This document shows positions 30,601-34,391 of a stretch of DNA of 34,391 nucleotides, in pieces. The notes beneath the pieces are model-generated. The model saw only the letters and a list, made by a program, of their open reading frames with translations, made no database searches and was not told the DNA's origin. Location of the stretch: the IMG/VR virus record IMGVR_UViG_3300037963_002430, positions 1 to 34,391 of that record; one strand, given 5' to 3'. A program made the position numbers and the translations under genes. The DNA comes from a virus (taxonomy: Duplodnaviria > Caudoviricetes). Numbering within the stretch: the first letter of the stretch is position 1; the number at the start of each line of letters is the position of its first letter.

Positions 30601-31482
30601 ATCAAAAGAGAGTTTATAAAAAGTTTTTGCAGTTCCCGCATTTACTCTTTCAATGCCGTATATTGAAGTGTATGTTTCATCATTATCACCTTGAAATATA
30701 GTTCTACTATCTAATTCGGAAGGATTGCCGACAATGGACTCTACTAAAAAATTAGAAGTTACTAAATTTTTAGCATTTGAAGGTGTGAACAGATAATCTC
30801 TTGGTTTTGTTATTTCAACATTTACACCATAGAGAGATTTAAATAAAATCTTATAAGATTCATCTGTTCCTTTACTTGTATAAAAGTCTTTTGACTGCTT
30901 TATAAAAACATTTTGATTTAAATTTGAATCAAGAGGTCTATCAGATAATCCTGGTAAAATTTGAAGTTTAGTTTTATTTAAAAATTCTTTTAAGAAAAGG
31001 CAACTTAAATTTTCAATAGTCGCACCATCTTTATGTTCAGCAGCAGAGGTTGAATTAAAGACAAGATCCCCTGGATTAGCGTCTGCCTTATATGAAGTTA
31101 CTCCGACAAATCCTCTAACACATCCAGTAAAAGAGGATGATGTTTTTCCAGTGTAAGTTATTACTTCATCACCTATTCTCAGAAGACCATATGAATCTGG
31201 AAAATGATTCGTTCCATCTGGAGACTGTGAAAGATTTACATTTATTGTTGTTTCAAATTCATCAATATCACCACTCAAAACTATTTCATGATTTAAAGTA
31301 GTTTGCTCATCAACCTTTACATATTGGTCGATGTTTTGAATTAAATCAATAGGACCACTTTTATATTCTTGACCAATGTAATATTGCTTTAAAAATTCAG
31401 AGATAAGAGGGAACTCATTCTCAACATAAGTTGGGAGCTGGTTCTTAACGATGCTGCTAAACTTGATTCTTGTTTCTGCCAT
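18676..31482 (-). CDS. g7: Giant baseplate wedge protein (gp7-like / wedge initiator), 4268 aa, multi-domain
   Basis: Lies between g6 and g8. Contains NQLPTYVENEFPLISEFLKQYY, IKQSKDFYTSKGTDESYKILFKSLYG and QRLQDSFYYQNFSYSLKS...WNDVVSSVNHTLGYKKF, plus many repeated beta modules. Confidence 0.82.
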   Translation of the reverse strand: MAETRIKFSSIVKNQLPTYVENEFPLISEFLKQYYIGQEYKSGPIDLIQNIDQYVKVDEQTTLNHEIVLSGDIDEFETTINVNLSQSPDGTNHFPDSYGLLRIGDEVITYTGKTSSSFTGCVRGFVGVTSYKADANPGDLVFNSTSAAEHKDGATIENLSCLFLKEFLNKTKLQILPGLSDRPLDSNLNQNVFIKQSKDFYTSKGTDESYKILFKSLYGVNVEITKPRDYLFTPSNAKNLVTSNFLVESIVGNPSELDSRTIFQGDNDETYTSIYGIERVNAGTAKTFYKLSFDDGYNRDSRSLGSTVGAFKVAPKTHIIGTVSAGSTFIDVDSTIGFPNSGEIYVTYPNSVTNATGIVSYTSKTITQFLGCSNITDSLIDGNTLSTEDFVSVKPDDLNNSPIKVRLTSVLSGFSKQDGIFDYKPGDQFNIKTLGIEDSTFKFKNWLYNNPVKYLINKIELISNVSPKTYKLTLNKENYLFLGDSVTIDGISGNESLDAEVLDIVTDKVVTIKTTGTINTASSYSLSRKLRKVTSSTFPHLTKFHANVQNVYKKQYGDSILVASNSLPSYKDVPFTASKTARTFSGTFLGETITINEHGFYGGESVYYTPQKIETTVTLDGQDIVESSISSSLFGGDTGGEGVYYIFRVDNNNIKLAKSPANLYTSNFASVPTSTTVTDNTIELVDTKGRVIDSQRLYREINTPIDSGTRVETSPGATGILINGVEILNYKSKDLIHTGKLEKIEVTSPGNGFDIINPPILKVEDTVGSGATGFLAVSGSLREIQILNRGFDFTDTPIVSITGGNGKDARALVNTKLISHSVEFFSDSNSANVSTGATISTIGFSTYHKLRNGEQLVYKPNGQKVVGGLSTNSTYFAQVIDATTIKLHDTLSQAIAGINTVVLSSHGIGRHTLECASQKSVIDSINIVDNGTGYENKKRSVVSTGINTSSDIITIENHDYKSGETLRYSAGTSAIGGLSDNTDYYVTVVDANQFKLSEIRSTDKTFFYRTNQYVDLTSVGTGTQIFNYPPITVTVEGPVGIATVTGIESSAYKAEVQPIFRGELTSVHLSDHGSGYGTNEIINFNKLPEVSVVSGRNAQVKPIVSSDGRIIEVIIENIGSNYTSIPDLEIISSSGIGCILTPILINGSLREVRVIESGQGYVSGDVTIEVSPVEKEFSFIPQIQKWRVNLFEKLYINDVIQNDDTVLQRSLSDKYGLQCYSLYAPRSLRQMIYSVSEGGDTLYGKPDLKLVNSLETEFTDHSPIIGWAYDGNPIYGPYGYSNANGGLVTLMKSSYKLNSSRTDGPPVSTFPLGFFVEDFTYQENNDDTYLDRNNGRFCITPEYPNGTYAYFTTVNPDSVESSGLFENYKLPQFPYVLGNAYYSTPNEFNFKTSSNQDDYDIESNNWCRNTISYNLREENVDYPYIYSPNNLSQTGKILSTNRGKISKVEIKSSGDNYKVGDTLNFSDEDATGFGAAGRISRLKGRTVNSISAVTNKLSNVELIPSNKKGTYIIESASPHNYQSLDIVNVTGVSTTSSKIEGSYSIGVSSERFSIVGLGTTGVAVGNTSITGVVTFFNVSSSLIASNIVPNDILGIGTERVKVLNVDRTNSRFKVLREVDGTVGVSHTVGSILSEDPRRFTIKSGFKTKYDFKRNREIYFNPTETVGLGTTAVGIGSVLQFGSFGLNTVGLGTTSGSSTLGVPIKSLYIKNHRLETGDVLTYSLNGGQGIVYNEVGSVGIAKTLSDGQDLFVAKISNDLIGIATQRVGLGSTGGFVGVGNTTTTLFFTGIGSGTNHSFATNYSNITGDIVKRVVTVTTDVNHGIRGEHRVDIDVNPSFATTYVVKYNDTHRRVLVGIKTFSAVGVNSTSNTISVSNHGYESGDKVIHSSTAPCQGLQNDGIYYVVKVDDDNIKLSNTYYDSTSLIPSVVGIASASFGEFGLINPSIKSYRSSILDFDISDSSLGFTQQSTQYSAFRLNFYLDDKYTNRWETDQSSSTFSVSRTGFSGIGTASVRVSIGQTTPERLYYSFDPVSDTNLPIEKSEIIRDSEILNNNSIITQNSVYNGNRRISIAGTNFFTFDLPETPEADSYTSTLSDITYTTDCTHTNGPIFAVEVTNPGRNYTTLPSIVSINTLDGVQGDLVSTTEDIGTIEKIKIEDIGYDFPTDKTLKPSTSLPQILNIDAFAKVERIDIISGGRGYSSAPELIFFDGKTGDQITDLSTKYSLGDSTVTILSNTRGINNATPTVLPIKNTNGVGISTVGFNTVTKEVTLNLSVGFSTSFPFEVGDRVIVENTSIGIGSTSRGYNSKNYDYKLFTLTGITTNLGGLGSITYNLGDELNDGENPGTFDSINSSGVVSAEKNFPTFEVQLSTADYLSGEKVTTNGKEGVVQSWDRTTKILRVLSSDDFTSGDIVKGLTSELSGVASKVTSYESYFETDVSSQIFSGNQIDSGFLNDNIQRLQDSFYYQNFSYSLKSTIPFDNWNDVVSSVNHTLGYKKFSDLQIESTNLDQPMQVGISTELTDVTIVSSLDGFIDTNCVFDFDIATENNLTLSDGTILSDEISLNNKILTDFTESFGNRVLSIDDISSEFNSNPRATAFTVLNSFNLNDFRFRKYFTYLRDKRFTQERQGMIVDLIHDGSFGYINQYARVETVYDQGSFDFSISGSDGQLLFFPNRSSVNDYDVTTISYNLNDNYLSTGSTSIGGVLIDSESVIVSSGTTANIVSIGNTYHSLKVLVEISPDVTNPSFGSTATFNGNEFEAQELNILHDGTDVSILEYGKLTTSPGAMSATGFGTYTARLDGSNIKLDFTPSGIGTNAVVNTIVVGLSSITSGISTVDLKHARLQSTMTDIASSGSPTENVVAEYPSHISTEEDRYDAGYFMIQVHDTTNDRYEFLEYFVVDDHIEGESTGETFDTEFANIQTHSGLGTFGSRVIANSVGLAATTQVLFTPVSGIDATVHVYTNALRIEDDTKDTISFNNATIETGYGEYTGTERDIKRAFNLTHKNDNIFERSFVGTGINTVTDTITIPNHFYVTGEQIAYTGPGVGNTGSLGIGETTFPVAGVTTTLLPATGVFVVKVNDNTIKLARSAEDALKSVPQIVDLTSFGSLGVDQTHTFTATNQNPKVLVAIDNLIQSPVVSTAITTTLGDNVVSTDNLIDFTGITSFFGGDLFKVGDEIMKIDGVGIGSTNRVSVRRAWMGTTIQTGLSTGDLVTKVVGNYNIVANTLNFVEAPFGNTPIGTITNPPDQRDFTGITTSSTFQGRSFMRTAQPDTTNETYYKNYIFDDISNQFNGTESQFTLKSDGNNVTGIDNEGAIVLINDIYQVTGGANNFTLSEQTGITSITFTGSSRTITNDVGVSTFPKGGIIVSVGSQEGLGYQPLVAAGGTAVVSSAGTITSISIGNSGSGYRSGIQTNISVGVQLPDTTGVTIVPIGTASVSGGSVTSVAITTDRVFYAPRDISNVLYSHVTGLTTVTTSTAHGLSVNETINVSGIAFTCSYSGSGPVNVTNAIYDNVTGILTVTTATAHNLNTSGQRSDVLLTGLGFTCGLDGGASTHVYPRTTDPIYCGTPVLSTPTTTSFTVDAGISTVPTFYQSGGTAQPSIIAPRVNNNSSSGFDPASQGSSVLSIIDSTNFTINTGISTRAHFYARCGTVTKPIDIVFDNPVSYSNLPLEYVSGTTGFGTEATIDVVVGQGSSVIDFEINNTGYGYGNGQRLTVAIGGTTGIPTTSSFSSSNIFEIEIEKVANDEFTGWSVGVLDTFDNVSEFIDGTRIDFPLLKGGVPISINKSKGSKIELDQLLLVFVNEILQRPGESYEFNGGSQITFSEPLKVDDTLNIVFYKGSGDDLDVIDREVIETIKYGDEVTLNYNPDLGQKPYQQEDTRTISSITNVDKCNTLPYFGPGNVTDTTFERPITWCRQTQDKIINGQEVGKDREIYEPVINPTANIISSVGIGSTIVYVDRLRPLFDLNNENIDPTFRNTIQKGIKLVNPIVVTGAAATAVVSSAGTITSITINNGGVGYSTTPDVSVGIGSTTATATATISNGVVTGITITNPGAGYTHTNPPLVLIGPPAQQTEPCDVSSYSGDSGIIVGLGTTSIGVGSTGLMFHLHIPLDSVMRDTDLVGTAVTISGLSIGDHFIVRNSNLGTASTSITALGTNNTTIVGIGSEYLDNAYVVNSVGITTQVIAGVTTSVAKVTVNTNINPNGVSGFSTGSFLGEYSWGKVIVNARTKELSYPAHTLSGIGTNEFTGISTSSKVYRTRYIRFKKFA

Positions 31483-31501
31483 TTTTTTCTATATCTCTAA
31501 A

Positions 31502-33583
31502 TTAGTAACCGCTTCCTGAACCCGAAGGCGTTGATGAACCACCGCCGCCAGTGGTGCCAGTGGTAGTGGTGGTAGTTGCACCAGCAAAAGAACTATTAGT
31601 GGAAGTAGTTGCATTCACTGCGTCAGTTGCCGCAGTAATTGCAATATTTTCAGGACCACCAGCACGAACTAAATTGCCTTCTGCATAAGAAGAAGAAACA
31701 ATATAGTTTGATGCTGATGGATCGAGTCCCGATGCAATTTCGTCTGATACCATTTCAAACGTACTGTTACTAGTATCTAGTTGCAAATAAAGGTCCTGTA
31801 ATCCAACAACATCATTTGATAGAGGTGTTGCTTGAATTTCTACGATTTGTTGACCATCTTTTTGCATACCTGCAAGAATATTAATTGCATTAATGGTTAT
31901 AATACCATTCACATAATCAATGGTCCCTACATTAGATCGTATAATAGTTGGACTTTGAGATCCTATGTTGGGAACAGAGAAGAAAAATAAAGTTCCTGTT
32001 TGCCTGTTTGAATTGGGTATATCGCTGATATAAACATTCTCAGCAATTCCAGTAACTCTAAATGCACTAGATTTTATATTGTAACCATCCATGCTCGAAA
32101 TATAAAATTGATTACCAAATCCAATTTGATATTCCGCAAGAGTATTTGGTACTATTCTCAGATCTCTTCTCATCTTTACGACAGTAATATTTGAAGTTAC
32201 TGATTCATGACTGTCATCAACTACTTTCAAAAACTTACTGTATTTAAATCGAGCACCATACTTATTTAATTCAGTAGAATCAGCATACTTAGCGGCATTA
32301 TTAGAAACCACTGTTGAAACTTCGGCAGATGATGGTGCTAGATTTGTATTATAATAAACTCTTGAACTTACCTCAAGGAAAAGATATTTAAGATCTAAAA
32401 TTTCTGGAACAACACCAGCTACTGCATATTTCTTTAGTTTTAATTTAATATTATCTTTAATTAAATTTGGAAGAAAATCGCCAAACCTAGGTTTAATACT
32501 GATAAAAACTTTTCCATATTGTGGAGGGATTAATTCTTCTCCACCAAATACAGAAATAGATTCCGTATCTGGATATATTTTTGAAGGAATTAATGTTTCA
32601 TAATCGTCTGCAGTTACTGCACGGTTTTGAGTTGAATAAACCTTTGGTGCATATTTTCTAACAGATTCAACTTCTTCAATTGCAGAACCACCTCTAGAGG
32701 TGTATTCGGGAGTTAACAGTGATATACCTTCTGTAACTGTGTATTCATTTCCATCTCTTACATATGTCAATCTGCCATTAAAAGCAAATTGAGAGAATCC
32801 ATTTCCAGAATCTCCGTTAGTTACCAAATAAGTGACTGTAACATAATTTTGATCATCGAGTTTTTTGCCAAAAACTCCATCTCCAAAGAATATTTCATAT
32901 CTTTCATCTGCTACTTCTTGTAAGTAAAAGATTTTTGAATCAGAACCAACATAGAACAAATTATCCTGTAAAGAATATTTTACCGTTGCTGTAGAGGATG
33001 CATTATTCTTAACACCAACTCTAATTAAATCCGTATCAATACCAGAATTTGGCAAAATAAATTTCTGTTGAGGATTTCTAGCACTGTAAGTAAAGTTTTT
33101 CTCTACAACTGTTCCTTCATAAATGGGAATTTCGTTAAAAGCAGCAATTCCATTGACCACAGAAACCGTTATATCATCTAAAATACAGAACGAACCACTA
33201 GAACCACCAAAGACTCCTCTAGACGCTGCTACAGTCCCTTTACGGAGGGTTATAGAGGCAGGTTTGGGTGTTATGTTAGTTGCATCGACAATAAAAGATA
33301 TTGCGGATGTTGCTGCTTTTCTTGATCTAGGAGTATATCCAACATTTCTTGCTAATGCAACTACATTTTCTCTTAAAGTTGCAGTATCAATAAAAACTTC
33401 GTTTGCTACCATATTAGCATTATACGAAGTAATATACGTATTGTATGCTAATACATCTAAAATAGTTGATAGGTTAGAACCTTCAAAGTCATAGTCCGTA
33501 AAATTGGAATTTGACTTTAAATATTCTTTGAGAGTAGTTTTAACGTCCTCAAAGTCTAAATTTGTAAAATTTACTAGTGACAT
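31502..33583 (-). CDS. g6: Baseplate wedge subunit (T4 gp6-like)
   Basis: LDFEDVKTTLKEYL, FTDYDFEGSNLSTILDVLAYNTY, ATLRENVVALARNVGYTPRS, YEIFFGDGVFG, QNRAVTADDY and PPQYGKVFISIKP. Confidence 0.96.
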   Translation of the reverse strand: MSLVNFTNLDFEDVKTTLKEYLKSNSNFTDYDFEGSNLSTILDVLAYNTYITSYNANMVANEVFIDTATLRENVVALARNVGYTPRSRKAATSAISFIVDATNITPKPASITLRKGTVAASRGVFGGSSGSFCILDDITVSVVNGIAAFNEIPIYEGTVVEKNFTYSARNPQQKFILPNSGIDTDLIRVGVKNNASSTATVKYSLQDNLFYVGSDSKIFYLQEVADERYEIFFGDGVFGKKLDDQNYVTVTYLVTNGDSGNGFSQFAFNGRLTYVRDGNEYTVTEGISLLTPEYTSRGGSAIEEVESVRKYAPKVYSTQNRAVTADDYETLIPSKIYPDTESISVFGGEELIPPQYGKVFISIKPRFGDFLPNLIKDNIKLKLKKYAVAGVVPEILDLKYLFLEVSSRVYYNTNLAPSSAEVSTVVSNNAAKYADSTELNKYGARFKYSKFLKVVDDSHESVTSNITVVKMRRDLRIVPNTLAEYQIGFGNQFYISSMDGYNIKSSAFRVTGIAENVYISDIPNSNRQTGTLFFFSVPNIGSQSPTIIRSNVGTIDYVNGIITINAINILAGMQKDGQQIVEIQATPLSNDVVGLQDLYLQLDTSNSTFEMVSDEIASGLDPSASNYIVSSSYAEGNLVRAGGPENIAITAATDAVNATTSTNSSFAGATTTTTTGTTGGGGSSTPSGSGSGY

Positions 33584-33584
33584 T

Positions 33585-33986
33585 TTACCTTGTTGGTTGC
33601 AATACGAATTCTAATTGTTGTGTTGGAATATCAGCTCCAATAATGTCATATGTAATAACAACGTCGAATGCATTATTATCTAAATCAGCAGTTGCATCTA
33701 CAGATCGCAATCTAACTCTTGGTTCATACCTATTAATAGATTCTTCAATTTGAGTTTGAATTTCAATTGCAGTTAAATCATCAGCAGTTTCAAAAATAAG
33801 TCCAGTAATACGAGATCCAAATCTTGGATTGAAAAATTTCTCTCCAGGATTTGTAAAAACAATATTTTTTACTGATCTTGCGATTGCATTCTCATTTTTC
33901 ATTGCAATCAGGTCTTTAGTCAGAGGATTAGTCTGAAAAGACATACTAATATCTTTAAATCCTTGACTTATCCTTTCTAAAGGCAC
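33585..33986 (-). CDS. g25: Baseplate wedge subunit / sheath initiator (T4 gp25-like)
   Basis: GTG start; FKDISMSF, NENAIARSVKNIVFTNPGEKFFNPRFGS and INRYEPRV; directly upstream of g6. Confidence 0.93.
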   Translation of the reverse strand: MPLERISQGFKDISMSFQTNPLTKDLIAMKNENAIARSVKNIVFTNPGEKFFNPRFGSRITGLIFETADDLTAIEIQTQIEESINRYEPRVRLRSVDATADLDNNAFDVVITYDIIGADIPTQQLEFVLQPTR

Positions 33987-34007
33987 AACAATACGGCAAT
34001 TATGTAT

Positions 34008-34015
34008 TATTTATC
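34008..34015 (-). promoter_or_regulatory. Late promoter GATAAATA
   Basis: + strand tatttatc, ~22 nt upstream of the g25 GTG. Confidence 0.8.
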
Positions 34016-34032
34016 AAGGATTCTCAGCATTT

Positions 34033-34194
34033 TTATTCGTACAATGGTTCAGGATCACTCTCATTAGAAAAAATCTCACTTTCTTGATGAAGTTTTTTCT
34101 TTTTTGGTGTTAAATCATCATTTGAGATCTCACGCAGCATCTTTTGATGCTGCTGATTTGCCAAATTATCTAAAAAATCGTGTTCGGTGCTCAT
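34033..34194 (-). CDS. 53-aa hypothetical protein
   Basis: Not in the ORF track. Translation: MSTEHDFLDNLANQQHQKMLREISNDDLTPKKKKLHQESEIFSNESDPEPLYE. It has an AAGGA RBS and a late promoter just upstream. Confidence 0.7.
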   Translation of the reverse strand: MSTEHDFLDNLANQQHQKMLREISNDDLTPKKKKLHQESEIFSNESDPEPLYE

Positions 34195-34210
34195 ATTTTT
34201 CCTTTTTTGG

Positions 34211-34218
34211 TATTTATT
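34211..34218 (-). promoter_or_regulatory. Late promoter AATAAATA
   Basis: + strand tatttatt; overlaps the upstream stop and lies ~17 nt before the ATG at 34194. Confidence 0.7.
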
Positions 34219-34391
34219 GAGGGTCTAAAGGTCGTCCATCTTGGGATTTGTACATATCTTCAGGTTTTTCTTCTTCATTTTTGCGTTCTTTTGCAGTTTT
34301 CCAGAAATATTCGTCTTCACGACCCATGCCAAGACGTTCAAAACCATTTTCAACACTGTAATATTGTGTCGATACCTTAAAATCAGGCATC
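34214..34391 (-). CDS. 3' end of a hypothetical phage gene; probably starts beyond the right edge
   Basis: Open frame ...MPDFKVSTQYYSVENGFERLGMGREDEYFWKTAKERKNEEEKPEDMYKSQDGRPLDPQ*, on the same strand as all other genes, with its stop embedded in the next late promoter. Confidence 0.7.
   Translation of the reverse strand, partial: MPDFKVSTQYYSVENGFERLGMGREDEYFWKTAKERKNEEEKPEDMYKSQDGRPLDPQ

Noticed and set aside
9400-31482. Inteins, introns or homing endonucleases as the cause of the giant ORF sizes
   Set aside because: I saw no intein splice motifs (C...HN-C/S/T) and no LAGLIDADG, HNH or GIY-YIG signatures. The size is explained by repeated structural modules.
33585-33986. Lysozyme function for gp25
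   Set aside because: The 'lysozyme' label on this family is a legacy annotation; gp25 is a structural sheath-initiating subunit and no catalytic motif is visible.
415-34380. All plus-strand ORFs in the track (e.g. 735-1199, 1973-2488, 4079-4429, 12793-13161, 33123-33494, 34180-34380)
   Set aside because: They are antisense shadows of long minus-strand genes, with no recognisable motifs or promoter/RBS support.
1-34391. CRISPR arrays, tRNA/rRNA genes, IS elements, diversity-generating retroelement repeats and strong intrinsic terminators
   Set aside because: The window is almost fully coding, with gaps under ~50 nt. By eye I found no spaced direct repeats, cloverleafs, transposase or reverse transcriptase genes, near-identical long DNA repeats or GC-rich hairpins with a U-tract. 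Weak signals could have been missed.

Overview
The window is part of the late (virion structure and packaging) module of a T4-like myovirus, most like marine cyanomyoviruses (Kyanoviridae-like). All credible genes are on the minus strand. In transcription order (right to left): a partial conserved ORF, a 53-aa ORF, gp25, gp6, a giant gp7-like wedge protein (4268 aa), gp8, a 2559-aa DUF4815/VrlC-like structural protein, a 75-aa ORF, an unlisted 55-aa NblA-like ORF, a 128-aa structural ORF, gp13, gp14, gp15, gp16, a 793-aa coiled-coil/fibre protein, a frame-split modular protein (141 + 539 aa; DUF192 plus small basic Cys-paired modules) and the 5' part of gp17. T4-type late promoters (NATAAATA) sit at most gene junctions. 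The most interesting signals are: (1) the g16-g17 insert looks like a polyprotein of small modules separated by prohead-protease-type [ILM]-x-E sites, and it is broken by a frameshift; (2) a G-[IVLF]-[small]-[T/S] motif recurs in many unrelated outer virion proteins and could be a modification sequon; (3) a small NblA-like gene is embedded in the structural operon; (4) gp7 carries a nested domain-within-domain duplication. Family calls come from recognised motifs and synteny; no database search was run.
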